A stretch of 64,000 bases of DNA from Candidatus Bathyarchaeota archaeon (GCA_963782525.1 CAWAKC010000007.1:256001-320000); one strand, 5' to 3'. Counted from the first letter of the stretch, positions 28,472 to 38,729 are shown. Program-made: numbers and translations. Notes: generated by a model not told the origin, from the sequence alone.

Positions 28472-29593
28472 GTGGTTCATAATTGTTTATATAAAAACGC
28501 CTCAATAGTCTTAAGCCATACCAAGGTGACACCTCTGAAAGCATTGATTCTAGCAGGCGGCTTCGCTACAAGACTACGACCCCTAAGTTGCTCCAGACCC
28601 AAAACCCTTTTCCCCATAGTCAACAAACCACTGTTACAGTGGATTTTTGAACGATTAGCCGAAGGCGGAGTAGACGAAGCCATTCTCGCAGTCAACGCAC
28701 TAACAAAATTTTACATCCAACAACATAAACCGTCAAAATGCGGTTTAAAAGTTCGGTTTTCCGTTGACCCACCCAAGATGCCGCTGGGTACAGGTGGTCC
28801 ACTGAAAAAAGCAGAAAAGCTGATTGGCCATGATGAACCGTTTATCATGTTGAACGGCGACATTTACGCTGACATAAACTACCGCGAACTACTTGAGGCG
28901 CACAGAAAATCAGGTGCCTTGGCAACTATTGCGCTCAGCAAAGTTGAGGACCCATGCAGTTTTGGCGTGGCAGACCTAAAAGGCAATGTCATCAAACGGT
29001 TCGTGGAGAAACCGCCTAAGGGTCAAGCGCCCAGCAATCTCATAAATGCTGGTGCCTACGTTCTCAGCCCAGAAGTGTTCGCTTATATTCCAGAAGGAAG
29101 AGCGGTTTCTATCGAGCGCGAAGTCTTCCCAAAACTAGCGGAGGAAGGCAAACTATGTGGCCACTGCATCAATGGGTTATGGATAGATATTGGCAAACCC
29201 CATGAATACTTGGAAGCAAACAAGATTGTCCTCGATTCTCTGGCAAAAACCAAACAAGCTAACCCTGAACCATTTGTGAGAGCCCCTGTTGCCCTGGACG
29301 ACGGCGTTGTAATAGGCGAAAAATCAGTTATAGGACCCTACGCGGTATTAGGTAAGAACGTCAAAGTCGGCAAAAACGTCCAAATCTCCAATTCAGTCAT
29401 CTTTGCAGAAGCTCACATAGCGGACGGTGCCATCCTCAACGGAGCAATAGTTGGCGAAGGCGCAAAAATTGGCAAAGGCGTTAAGCTTTCAAAGGGCTGC
29501 GTTGTAGGTGACCTCTCTAAGGTAAAAGACAGCATTCATATGCATGATGGACAAGTAGTTTGCCCCGCAAAAGAAGTCACTGAAACGTTTTAA
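28472..29593 (+). CDS. NDP-sugar pyrophosphorylase (mannose-1-phosphate guanylyltransferase-like) with C-terminal LbH domain
   Basis: LAGGFATRLRPL...PK, LGTGG, NGD, FVEKP, WIDIG and hexapeptide repeats. The true start is probably near 28526. Confidence 0.9.
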   Translation: MVHNCLYKNASIVLSHTKVTPLKALILAGGFATRLRPLSCSRPKTLFPIVNKPLLQWIFERLAEGGVDEAILAVNALTKFYIQQHKPSKCGLKVRFSVDPPKMPLGTGGPLKKAEKLIGHDEPFIMLNGDIYADINYRELLEAHRKSGALATIALSKVEDPCSFGVADLKGNVIKRFVEKPPKGQAPSNLINAGAYVLSPEVFAYIPEGRAVSIEREVFPKLAEEGKLCGHCINGLWIDIGKPHEYLEANKIVLDSLAKTKQANPEPFVRAPVALDDGVVIGEKSVIGPYAVLGKNVKVGKNVQISNSVIFAEAHIADGAILNGAIVGEGAKIGKGVKLSKGCVVGDLSKVKDSIHMHDGQVVCPAKEVTETF

Positions 29594-29635
29594 AACCTAG
29601 AGTTGTTTGATAGATAACTACTGAGTTGAATTTAC

Positions 29636-31006
29636 ATGAGTGCACGAAAGCTTTTTGGAACAAACGGAATTCGCGGCCTTGTCAACGTTGAATTAACGCC
29701 TGAAATGGCCATTAAAGTTGGAGCGTGTATTGGAACTTTTTTTGGAAAAAACAAAAACGTACTTTTGGGCTATGATGCCCGAACCAGCGGACCCATGTTT
29801 GCAAAAGCCGTGATTTCTGGCTTAATGTCTGCAGGAATTAACGTTTACTTTGCAGGAATGGCATCTACGCCTGCCATCCAGTTTGCCACTAAAAACCACA
29901 AGATGGACGGCGGCGTAATAATCTCTGCTTCGCATAACCCGCCAGAATACAACGGCATCAAGGTAATCTGGAGCGATGGCATAGAAACCTCCCATGAACA
30001 AGAAACCGAAATAGAAGACATTTACTTTGACAACAAAATCGTTTACGCCCCATGGGACAAGCTGGGAGCTAAACGTGAACTGCCAGGAATCAACGACGAA
30101 TACAAAGACGCCGTCAAAAACCATATCGATGCCGAAAAGATAGCGGCTAAACACTTCCATGTCGTAGTCGACGCAGCCAATAGCGTCGGAGGAATCGCAT
30201 TGCCCCCACTGTTAAGAGAAATAGGCTGCAAAATCACAACTATAAACGCAAACATCGACGGAACCTTCCCAGGCAGACTACCTGAACCGCGTCCCGAAAG
30301 CCTCGGCGACTTATCGGCAACCGTTAAAGCCCTCGGCGCAGACTTGGGCGTTGCCTTCGATGGAGACGCAGACCGCTCCATTTTCACAGATGGAAACGGC
30401 ACCATCTACTGGGGTGACAAAACCTTCGCAGTTGTAATAAAGCAATACCTTTTGAAGCATCCTGGCGCAAAAATAGTTACCCCCGTCAGCTCATCTACCC
30501 TGATAAAAGATACCGTAGAAACCTACAAGGGCAAGCTGATCTGGACCAAGGTCGGCAGTGTAACTGTTTCGCAGACGATGAAAGCAGAGAACGCTGATTT
30601 AGGAGGCGAAGAAAACGGCGGAATCTTCTATCGTCCTCATCAAGCAGTTCGCGACGGAGCCATGACAACCGTACTCCTGCTGAATATTATGGCGGAAACT
30701 GGAAAATCTCTTGAGCAACTCGTTGCTGAGCAGCCGCAGTATTTTATTGAAAAAGGAAAAATCGATTGTTCAGATGATAAGAAAGCGATTTTGCAGCAGA
30801 AAATCTACGAGCAAGTTAAGAAAGAGAACGTCAGCACCATCGACGGTGTAAAAATTTGGTTTAGCGACGCAAGCGCTATTTTGATTCGTCCCAGTGGTAC
30901 GGAACCAGTTTTTCGTTTGTATGCTGAAGCTAAAAACCAGCAGAAAGCACTTCAACTAGTCGAAGACTACAGCGCAAGACTTAAAAAAATCCTCCAAACC
31001 ATATAA
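29636..31006 (+). CDS. alpha-D-phosphohexomutase (GlmM / PMM-PGM family)
   Basis: LFGTNGIRG, SASHNP, FDGDADR, GGEENGG, IRPSGTEP. Confidence 0.95.
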   Translation: MSARKLFGTNGIRGLVNVELTPEMAIKVGACIGTFFGKNKNVLLGYDARTSGPMFAKAVISGLMSAGINVYFAGMASTPAIQFATKNHKMDGGVIISASHNPPEYNGIKVIWSDGIETSHEQETEIEDIYFDNKIVYAPWDKLGAKRELPGINDEYKDAVKNHIDAEKIAAKHFHVVVDAANSVGGIALPPLLREIGCKITTINANIDGTFPGRLPEPRPESLGDLSATVKALGADLGVAFDGDADRSIFTDGNGTIYWGDKTFAVVIKQYLLKHPGAKIVTPVSSSTLIKDTVETYKGKLIWTKVGSVTVSQTMKAENADLGGEENGGIFYRPHQAVRDGAMTTVLLLNIMAETGKSLEQLVAEQPQYFIEKGKIDCSDDKKAILQQKIYEQVKKENVSTIDGVKIWFSDASAILIRPSGTEPVFRLYAEAKNQQKALQLVEDYSARLKKILQTI

Positions 31007-31039
31007 CAACCCCCTACTTTGTTGGGAAGAGAACCGCTG

Positions 31040-32362
31040 ATGCCCCAAGTTCTAAACCTAAAACCCGAAGAGGTAGATTCGAACGAGAAACGCTCAAAGT
31101 ACACTGTAAGCGTGGTCGGATGTGGGCAAAAAGGAATTCTTTATGCGAATGCTTTTGCGGAAGCAGGGTTTAGAGTAATTTGTACGGACGCTGATGCGAG
31201 TGTTGCCAAGAAAGTGGCGAAGGGAAAAATAGCGAGCGCACAAGTTGAAGCGAAACTAAAAAGTTACATCACCAGCGGACAAATAACTGTTAGTTCTGAG
31301 CGCAAAGACGCTGTTTCCCAAAGCGATATCATCGTCATAGCTGTCGGAGCTAAAGTTGATGAACAGAAAAAAACGGATTATTCTCAGATAGTTAGCGCTG
31401 CAAAACAAGTCGGAGCCGCCTTACATCAAGGTACACTTGTCATGTACGGCGGCATAGCTGGCTTTGGCTTTATCGAGGGTGCGATGAAGGAAACCTTGGA
31501 GAATACTTCAGGTTTTAAAGTTGGCACAGATTTTGGTTTAGCCTATAACCCAATCCACACTGCGGATGCTTTGATGGAAAATTTGGAGTTGAAAGTTGCG
31601 GCGACCGACCCAACCAGCTTAAACGCAGCATCCACCATCCTCAAAACGTTAACAAAAAGAATCAAAGAAGTCGCCGACCTCAAAACCGCTGAAATAGCCA
31701 CTCTCTTCACCGTCGCAAAGCAAGACTCCAACCGCGCCTTAGCCAACGAATTGGCAATTTTCTGCGAGAACGCAAACATCGACTATTTCAAAGTCCTAAA
31801 TCTTCTGGACCTCAACGACCCTTACTTTTACCCCACCATCGTCGATGAAGAAAGCAAGCATGAAGCATACTTGTTACTTGACAGCGCAGAAAACATTAAC
31901 GCTAAGCTTCGGCTTACCACGTTGGCCAGGCAGATAAACGAGGATATGGTTAAGCACGCAGTTAATTTGACGGCGGATACGCTTAGCAGGTGCGGTAAAC
32001 CACTTAGAAGAGCCAAAGTTGCTGTTTTAGGAACGGCTAACCCGTCAACGGCTACTGGTATCTTTGTTAAGATGATAGAGTTGAAGGGTGCCAAAGCCAG
32101 CGTTTATGATCCCATATCAAAGATGGGTCCTCAGGATTGGCGCATAGTAAAAACCAACCTAAACGAAGCCGTCGAGGGAACGGACTGCATTGTTGTGTTG
32201 ACTGGGCAGGAGCAATTCAAGAGTTTGAACTTGAAAAAACTAAAAGCCCTCATGAAAACCCCATCAGTAATCGTGGATTTAATAGGAATTTTCGAGCCAA
32301 AAAAGGTGGAAGCAGAAGGCTTCATATACTGTGGGTTGGGAAGAGGAACTGATAAGACTTGA
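31040..32362 (+). CDS. UDP-glucose/GDP-mannose dehydrogenase family protein, catalytic motifs degenerate
   Basis: Overall three-domain pattern retained (VVGCG..G, TLENTSG..VG.DF.LAY.P, ALANELA, ARQINE.M, YDP), but PER, the catalytic Lys and GGxC are absent. Confidence 0.8.
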   Translation: MPQVLNLKPEEVDSNEKRSKYTVSVVGCGQKGILYANAFAEAGFRVICTDADASVAKKVAKGKIASAQVEAKLKSYITSGQITVSSERKDAVSQSDIIVIAVGAKVDEQKKTDYSQIVSAAKQVGAALHQGTLVMYGGIAGFGFIEGAMKETLENTSGFKVGTDFGLAYNPIHTADALMENLELKVAATDPTSLNAASTILKTLTKRIKEVADLKTAEIATLFTVAKQDSNRALANELAIFCENANIDYFKVLNLLDLNDPYFYPTIVDEESKHEAYLLLDSAENINAKLRLTTLARQINEDMVKHAVNLTADTLSRCGKPLRRAKVAVLGTANPSTATGIFVKMIELKGAKASVYDPISKMGPQDWRIVKTNLNEAVEGTDCIVVLTGQEQFKSLNLKKLKALMKTPSVIVDLIGIFEPKKVEAEGFIYCGLGRGTDKT

Positions 32363-33309
32363 AGAAACTTGGCGTAGCAGTAATTGGAACGGGTCAATGG
32401 GGAAAAAACCACGCCCGAGTCTACAAAGAACTACCGTCAACTGAACTTGTTGCTGTTTGCGATGTTAACGCTGAAAGAGCCAAAGCTATGGCTGCCCAAC
32501 ACGGTGTAAAAGCGTACTCCGACAGCACAGAGATGCTTAAAGACAAGTCTATCGAAGCAGTAAACGTCTGCACATGGTCAACCATTCTCGCTCAAGAAGC
32601 TATGAAAGCGCTTGAAGCTGGAAAGCACGTTTTAGTGGAGAAACCCATGGCAACTACTCCCCACCAGGCAGAAGAGCTGGTTCAAACCGCCAAAACAAAC
32701 GGATTACATTTAACGGTGGGTTTTCTGATGCGGTTTATTCCAGGGTTGCAGATAATTCGTGAGTCCGTTGAGAACAAAAAAATCGGCGAACTCGTCTGCG
32801 CAACCGCCAAACGAGTGTCTCAGTGGCCTGAACGAATCGGTGACGTCGGCGTCGTCAAAGACACCGCCATCCACGACATCGATGTCATGCGGTTCATTTC
32901 AGGTCAAGACCCCATTTCCGTTTATGCGAAAATGGGCAGCATGAAAATCCAAAAATTCGAAGACTACGCCCAAATAATGCTCACCTACGCCGACGGCAAA
33001 AGCGCGTTTATCGAATCCAACTGGTTAACCCCCTACAAAACCCGCACCCTAACCGTGACGGGAAGCGATGCCATCATGCGACTAGACTACATAACGCAGG
33101 ACTTGTGGATTGAACAGCAAACCCAATCGGTGCAGCCACGTTATCCGTTCCAAGAACCCCTCAAAGCAGAACTCCAGCACTTCGTAGAATGCATTTTGGA
33201 GAAGAAAAAACCCATCGTGACTGGCGAAGACGGAGTTCGAGCTCTAACAGTTGCAACAGCAGCGCTTGAATCCTCTGCAAAAAACAAAGCAGTTGAACTA
33301 AAAAAATAG
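32359..33309 (+). CDS. Gfo/Idh/MocA oxidoreductase (nucleotide-sugar 3-dehydrogenase-like)
   Basis: VIGTGQWGKNHAR, GKHVLVEKP, DVGVVKDTAIHDID, SNWLTPYK. Confidence 0.92.
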   Translation: MKKLGVAVIGTGQWGKNHARVYKELPSTELVAVCDVNAERAKAMAAQHGVKAYSDSTEMLKDKSIEAVNVCTWSTILAQEAMKALEAGKHVLVEKPMATTPHQAEELVQTAKTNGLHLTVGFLMRFIPGLQIIRESVENKKIGELVCATAKRVSQWPERIGDVGVVKDTAIHDIDVMRFISGQDPISVYAKMGSMKIQKFEDYAQIMLTYADGKSAFIESNWLTPYKTRTLTVTGSDAIMRLDYITQDLWIEQQTQSVQPRYPFQEPLKAELQHFVECILEKKKPIVTGEDGVRALTVATAALESSAKNKAVELKK

Positions 33310-33312
33310 AGC

Positions 33313-33582
33313 TTATTTTAGGTTGAAGGGTTTGCCTTCAGAAACGATTTTCTGAGGAGCTTTTTCCTTCCATTTCTTGAGAAACGGCAAATCTTCGTCG
33401 GCTTTGCGCAGCTCATCAGGGAGCATTTCGGGAATTTCATCGCGTATGGGGTACCAGCGTAGGCATTTGGGGCAAACGATTAAGCCTTCGACTATTTCGT
33501 CTTTTTCTTCGAAGACGTGAAGCTCCAAAGGGTGATACTTATCGATTGGGCAGGCGAGAATTTCCATTAGTTTGCGTTTCAT
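33313..33582 (-). CDS. Trm112 family methyltransferase activator
   Basis: LMEILACPIDK..PL...EG.IVCPKC.RWYPI.DEIPEMLP. Confidence 0.92.
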   Translation of the reverse strand: MKRKLMEILACPIDKYHPLELHVFEEKDEIVEGLIVCPKCLRWYPIRDEIPEMLPDELRKADEDLPFLKKWKEKAPQKIVSEGKPFNLK

Positions 33583-33636
33583 CGGATTCCACGAAATAGA
33601 ATAGTCTTTGTTGAGTTATTAAAACTTGTTTGGCAA

Positions 33637-34485
33637 CTATGTAACCTGTATGTCCAGTACGGTTTGGTACCAGTTTGGACCAGTTGGTCGCATCACCCGT
33701 GAATTAGCAATTACGTATTTTATGTCTAAGCTGTCGAGTTTTTGTGCAACCATTACCCTGGTTTTTTCTACGGGATTTTCTTTTCCTGGTGCATGCTGGA
33801 AATCGTAGAAGTGGATCCAGCCGCCTGTTGGCTTCAGAGCCGACAATGCGCAGGGGAGGTATTCGAGGGCTTTCTCTGGCAGGGGCATCAATACGCGGTC
33901 AGCGACGCCTCGCAAGTTTGCTGCAATGATGTCTTTCGCATCGCCAAGTATGGGAAAAACGCTGCCCTCGACGCAGTTGACTGTTACGTTCTCCTTCATG
34001 CATTCTATGGCGACGGGGTTAACATCTATTGAATAAACTTTGACTGGATTAACGGTTTTGGCAATTAATATGCTAAAACAGCCCACGCCCGCAAACATGT
34101 TAACCACCGTCTCGCAACGCTTAACAAAGCAAGCTATGCGCTTATGCTCAAATGAAAGTCTGGGTGAAAAATACGTTTTTTCAACATCAACCCTAAAAAA
34201 GCAACCACTTTCTCTGTGGGTGGTGACGGTTTTGTTTTCACCCGCCAACAGCATAAGCACTCTGACTCTAAAGTCGCCTGAGATGCTGGTTGCTGGTGTA
34301 AAGACGGTTTTGACGTTGCCGTGCACTCCCATTATTTGCTTTGCAATAGTTTTTGCGTTAGCGGTGTTGCTTGGTGGGATCTTGATTATAGCTATGTCAC
34401 CTATTACGTCAAAAGAACTGTACACTTTCCCCAATTCTTCTTCGGGGTGAGCATCTGAAAGTTTGTCGCGGAGCCGTTTCCTCAA
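33637..34485 (-). CDS. Trm5/TYW2 (Met-10+) family tRNA G37 transferase
   Basis: FDVIGDIAII, THRESGC.F.VD...YFSPRL, MFAGVG.F, D.NP.A, DRVLMPLP. Confidence 0.88.
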   Translation of the reverse strand: MRKRLRDKLSDAHPEEELGKVYSSFDVIGDIAIIKIPPSNTANAKTIAKQIMGVHGNVKTVFTPATSISGDFRVRVLMLLAGENKTVTTHRESGCFFRVDVEKTYFSPRLSFEHKRIACFVKRCETVVNMFAGVGCFSILIAKTVNPVKVYSIDVNPVAIECMKENVTVNCVEGSVFPILGDAKDIIAANLRGVADRVLMPLPEKALEYLPCALSALKPTGGWIHFYDFQHAPGKENPVEKTRVMVAQKLDSLDIKYVIANSRVMRPTGPNWYQTVLDIQVT

Positions 34486-34562
34486 CTATTCATCCTCATT
34501 GTAGGCAAGTATTGGAAATGTTTAAAAGTAAAATGCTTTTCTTTGTAGGACAGGCGTTCTTT

Positions 34563-34724
34563 ATGGAAAAATCAGGAATTGTTTATGAATGCATGAGATG
34601 CGGTTCAAGAGTCCCATCTGAAGAGCTGGAACTACGTGGAGGAGAAACCAAATGCATCATCTGCGGCTACAGGATACTAAAGAAAGTTAAGCCACCAGTA
34701 GTTAAACGGGTTAAATCAAAATAG
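34563..34724 (+). CDS. rpoP: DNA-directed RNA polymerase subunit P (Rpo12)
   Basis: YECMRCG...KCIICGYRILKK..PP.VKRVK. Confidence 0.92.
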   Translation: MEKSGIVYECMRCGSRVPSEELELRGGETKCIICGYRILKKVKPPVVKRVKSK

Positions 34725-34734
34725 AAATGGGAAA

Positions 34735-34752
34735 CTCGTGCTTTTACACGAG
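34735..34752. terminator. hairpin CTCGTG-CTTTTA-CACGAG between convergent genes
   Basis: 6-bp stem followed by T-tracts. Confidence 0.35.
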
Positions 34753-34778
34753 CAAATTTTTGTTTTAAACATTATTTT

Positions 34779-35093
34779 TTAGTAGAAGTCTTGGTCTCCA
34801 AGTTTACGCAGCGCTTTTCCCTTTAGTTTAACCGCTGAGTCTTCAGGGAATTCGTCGTCTATTTCTTTTTCAACTGTTTTTCGTTTGACGGTTTCGCCGC
34901 AGATTCCGCCGGGCAACATGCGTCGCTTAAAACACATCGAGTATGTGCATTTTGCAACGTTACATTGTTCCTCGGTTTCTCTGCACCAAACAGAGTCGCG
35001 TCGGTAGAAAACGGAGTTTTTTGCACATTTGAATGATTGACACGCGGGAGAACAAGCTTTTGATTGAGCCAACAGATACACCTCAATTGTCAA
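34779..35093 (-). CDS. hypothetical Cys-rich protein
   Basis: Eight Cys in about 60 aa (CSPACQSFKC...WC..C..KC.Y.MC...IC). Start is possibly TTG at 35072. Confidence 0.7.
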   Translation of the reverse strand: MTIEVYLLAQSKACSPACQSFKCAKNSVFYRRDSVWCRETEEQCNVAKCTYSMCFKRRMLPGGICGETVKRKTVEKEIDDEFPEDSAVKLKGKALRKLGDQDFY

Positions 35094-35180
35094 TTCAAAA
35101 TGTTGTGTTTTGTACTGGTCTTTAGTTTTCCATTATTGATTTGAATGAGATATAAACTTTATTCTAATAAAAGGAAAAAT

Positions 35181-37262
35181 TTAGGTTGCCGCCGCATGTT
35201 TAACTCTTCTTCGCCGGTAGATCTCAACGATCGCGAACAATATCATGGCTAATACAACTATCAGTACGGTGAAGAGGGAGCTGGTTGGTATCAGCATTGA
35301 ACCAAAAGCAACATACTTGTCAATTTTTATTTGAACAATAGTCGACTGGTCAACAGTGACTGTAATTGCTTGGGAAGCATCCTGTGTTCCTGAAGGTTGA
35401 GCGATTATTTGCATGTTGCCGCCGATTATGTTGTTAAAGGTGGCTTTTCCGTTGCTCTGAGTGACCGCTGAGGCGTGTAAGGGACCATTTAACGTCACGT
35501 TTGCGTTAGAGACTGGCGATCCAAAAAAGTCAACTACTGAAACTGAAAGTTGAATACCGTAAAGTGTACAGTGGATTTGCTGTTGACTACTACTAAAGAC
35601 ATCCACGTTTGTTTCGTTGATTAGAGTCGTATCCTTGAAGACTCTTGCACGGTACATACCAAAGGTAGCTTGTATTGTGGCTGCACCATTGCTGTCAGTT
35701 GTTGCAGAATAGAACAAGCCATTCGATAACTCTACTAGTTCTATTCGTGCATTGGGAATTGGTTCTTGGTTAGAGCCAACGATGTTTAAGTTCAGGGTTT
35801 CGCTTGGGCAAATTACGAACACTTGAGCAGTTGCTTGAGTTGGCAAGTTGCTTACTGTGTTGTTGCCTGCGTTGAAGATTTGTTTGTAGATTGAAGCATC
35901 TATAGTGTATGTCGCTCCGGCAAAGCCCGAGGTTAATGTGTAGGTTCCTGCGGAGTCTGTTTGACCTGTCGCACTTCCAGTCTTTGTTCCCGAACCACTT
36001 TGATAGCGGTAGGATACGGTTAAGTCGACAAAGGGCATGGCGACGCCATTAGTGGTTATTACTGTTATTTTGATGTTCGTTAACTGACAACTTAAAGTGA
36101 AGGATGCATCGCCACTGACAGTCACAGTTTGGCTTCCAACATTAACGGCATTCCAGAAAGCCGTGAGGACCTGCGCACCTGATTCAAGCTTAAAGTTTGC
36201 AATCCCATTTGAATCGCTGGTAACATTGTAAACAGAGTTAGTGGCGGAATCTACAGCTGAAATAGCTATTCCCCCAACGGCTTGACCCGCCAAATTGTTT
36301 GTTTGAACCTTAATATTGTAGCCCGGAACCGTAAAAGTTTCTGAGTCAGATATTCCCTTTTGAGTATCTTGAGGTGTTATTTTTATGGTGTAGTCGCCAA
36401 CGGCGGCATTTGATGAAACCACCCAGTTTGCTGTGATTACGCCTTCGGCTGAAGCAATTACAGGAGCGGTATAGATAGCAGTAACAGAGTTAATGTTCGT
36501 TATAGTGAGGGTTGCAGCTTCGTTAGCTGCGTAATCTGTCGCTCTAACGTTCACAGTTTGACCCCTATGGTAAGATGTTGAATCGATAAAGTTTACTGCA
36601 AAAGAGTTCTGAGCTAAAGACTGCGATTGGTTAAAGTACAATGTGTAGGTTCCCGCATAGTCGGTTAGTGAACCGCTTGGTACAAAACTGCTGTCTGGAA
36701 AAGTTACCTGTGCATTCGCAGTTCCAACGGAGTTAGCTTCGCCCAAATTAACGTTCTTTGTGTACACTATGCCAAGAGGACTTGGAAGAGCAACCCCGAC
36801 AACTGCGTTGTATGAAGTGCCCAATGAACCGCCTGAGACAGTAACGTTTAGCACAACACTGCCGCCTTCTTGTACCGATGAAGGAACAGCATTTATCGCA
36901 TAGTTCGTTGTAACGGTGAATTGCTTAGTTGAGTTAATGTTTATTGCAACATCTTGAAGAATCAACGCATAGGATCCGCTTAACAGTTGGGGAACTGTGA
37001 AGTTTGTTTCAACATAGTAACCTTGGGATTTTCCGCTGGCAACCAAAGTTTTGCCTACAAAAAGTTGGTAGGAACCGTTAGAAGTGTAGAGGGTTCCAAT
37101 GACATTAATGCTTGACCCGACTTGACCTGATGCTGTGCTGGGAGTAATTTGGAGCAGGTTAACACCAAGGTTTGTGTTCTGAGCATAAACTTCTACGGGC
37201 AAAACCACTGCGGCAAAAGTAATAATGAATAGGATGGTGACTGTGATAATTTTCTTGTTCAA
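35181..37262 (-). CDS. large surface glycoprotein with repeated beta-sandwich (carboxypeptidase regulatory-like) domains
   Basis: Signal peptide, repeated TDSNG.A.F units, many N-x-S/T sequons, and a C-terminal TM plus RRRR. Confidence 0.85.
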   Translation of the reverse strand: MNKKIITVTILFIITFAAVVLPVEVYAQNTNLGVNLLQITPSTASGQVGSSINVIGTLYTSNGSYQLFVGKTLVASGKSQGYYVETNFTVPQLLSGSYALILQDVAININSTKQFTVTTNYAINAVPSSVQEGGSVVLNVTVSGGSLGTSYNAVVGVALPSPLGIVYTKNVNLGEANSVGTANAQVTFPDSSFVPSGSLTDYAGTYTLYFNQSQSLAQNSFAVNFIDSTSYHRGQTVNVRATDYAANEAATLTITNINSVTAIYTAPVIASAEGVITANWVVSSNAAVGDYTIKITPQDTQKGISDSETFTVPGYNIKVQTNNLAGQAVGGIAISAVDSATNSVYNVTSDSNGIANFKLESGAQVLTAFWNAVNVGSQTVTVSGDASFTLSCQLTNIKITVITTNGVAMPFVDLTVSYRYQSGSGTKTGSATGQTDSAGTYTLTSGFAGATYTIDASIYKQIFNAGNNTVSNLPTQATAQVFVICPSETLNLNIVGSNQEPIPNARIELVELSNGLFYSATTDSNGAATIQATFGMYRARVFKDTTLINETNVDVFSSSQQQIHCTLYGIQLSVSVVDFFGSPVSNANVTLNGPLHASAVTQSNGKATFNNIIGGNMQIIAQPSGTQDASQAITVTVDQSTIVQIKIDKYVAFGSMLIPTSSLFTVLIVVLAMILFAIVEIYRRRRVKHAAAT

Positions 37263-37462
37263 ACCACTCGCTCTCCCAAATAGGTAGCCAACATTGCTTG
37301 ATGCTCATGATTTAACCTAGGGATGATTTTAAACTTTACCATTCAACCCTCAAACCCAAGCCCTAAACCTGCCAAACAGCTTAAACAAGGTTTACAAGCA
37401 GAAAATGGCTTTTGGACAATAGGGATTTTTAAAAGACGCTTTTCTAATGTAACAGAAACTCG

Positions 37463-38434
37463 GTGTACTCCTTGGAAAACCAATCTGCCTCTCCGCTTCT
37501 TACTGCGCTCAAGAAGCAAAAGTACCATCTCATCGGAAGTCACTCGGCGGTTAAACGGTGCAAGTGGCTCTACGAATCCATAGTTAACGGCAGAGTCTGC
37601 TACAAACAGAAGTTCTATGGCATCCAATCTCACCGTTGCATCCAGATGACGCCTTCGCTGTACTCCTGCACACAGCAGTGCCTGTTTTGCTGGAGAGCCC
37701 AGAGCGGGGACTTGGATGTTACTTGGGATGAGATGAAAAACCCAGGCAAGGATACTCCTGAAGAAATCGTTGAGGGCTGTTTTAGGGCGCAAGAAAAAAT
37801 TTTGACGGGTTATAAGGGTAATGAAAAAGCAGATTGGCGCAAACTGCAAGAAGCGCAAAGACCCAAACAAGTTGCCATCAGCTTAACGGGTGAACCAACA
37901 CTTTATGATCCGCTTGGCGAATTAATCCGCAATTTCCACCAGAAGGGCTTAACCACATTTCTTGTTTCCAACGGTACCCTGCCGTCTAAACTTTCCAAGT
38001 TAAGCCAAGAACCAACACAACTCTACATGTCCCTCTGCGCACCAAACGAACAAGTCTACAAACAAGTCTGCCGACCCCTCTTTCCAGGCGCTTGGGCGAA
38101 AGTGAATGAAACGTTGGGTTTGCTGCAGAGCTTTCGCTGCCCCACAGTGATTCGCACCACATTGGTAAAGGATCACAACATGGACTTGGTTGATGGGTAT
38201 GCTAAACTTGTCGAGAAAGCTAATCCGACCTACGTCGAAGTGAAAGCTTACATGCACATCGGCTTTAGCAGCTTGCGATTGGGCTTCGACCGCATGCCCA
38301 TGCATAACGAAGTCAAAGATTTTGCAAACCATTTAGCTGAGAAAACGGGTTACAAGGTTATTAATGAGGCGCCAGAGAGCCGTGTGGTACTGTTGAGTCG
38401 GTTGGAGAAGCCGATTCAGGTTTCGGCTAATTAA
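37463..38434 (+). CDS. taw1: 4-demethylwyosine synthase (TYW1/Taw1, radical SAM)
   Basis: HSAVK.C.W, CYKQKFYGIQSHRCIQMTP, CTQQCLFCWR, AISLTGEPTLY, VEVKAYM. Confidence 0.96.
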   Translation: MYSLENQSASPLLTALKKQKYHLIGSHSAVKRCKWLYESIVNGRVCYKQKFYGIQSHRCIQMTPSLYSCTQQCLFCWRAQSGDLDVTWDEMKNPGKDTPEEIVEGCFRAQEKILTGYKGNEKADWRKLQEAQRPKQVAISLTGEPTLYDPLGELIRNFHQKGLTTFLVSNGTLPSKLSKLSQEPTQLYMSLCAPNEQVYKQVCRPLFPGAWAKVNETLGLLQSFRCPTVIRTTLVKDHNMDLVDGYAKLVEKANPTYVEVKAYMHIGFSSLRLGFDRMPMHNEVKDFANHLAEKTGYKVINEAPESRVVLLSRLEKPIQVSAN

Positions 38435-38534
38435 GGCTTGCTTGAAGCACTTTTAAATGTTGACTGTGAGTTTGGATAAACTTAAATACGGTTTTTTCCC
38501 ATAGTAGTTAACCGTTCAATAGGTTGGGCAATTT

Positions 38535-38729
38535 ATGGTAAGCGAAGGAAGAGGACGGTTATTCAAAAGGAAAGACGGCAAATACCTTGTTTATTTGCCG
38601 AAGGATTTAGCGGAGGACAGTATGTTTCCGTTTAAGGGTGGAGACACAGTCTTTGTTAAGGTCAGCTTCTCTTTGGGCGACCGCAGATTGACGGTTGAAA
38701 AATGGGCAGCAGGCGTCCAGCAGCCATAG
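38535..38729 (+). CDS. small AbrB/MazE-like DNA-binding protein
   Basis: GRLFKRKDGKYLVYLPKDL...F..GDTV.V fits a swapped-hairpin pattern. Confidence 0.6.
   Translation: MVSEGRGRLFKRKDGKYLVYLPKDLAEDSMFPFKGGDTVFVKVSFSLGDRRLTVEKWAAGVQQP

Noticed and set aside
38535-38729. Toxin-antitoxin module
   Set aside because: The AbrB-like gene has no adjacent VapC or MazF toxin. The PIN protein at 60532 is the housekeeping Fcf1/Utp24 type.
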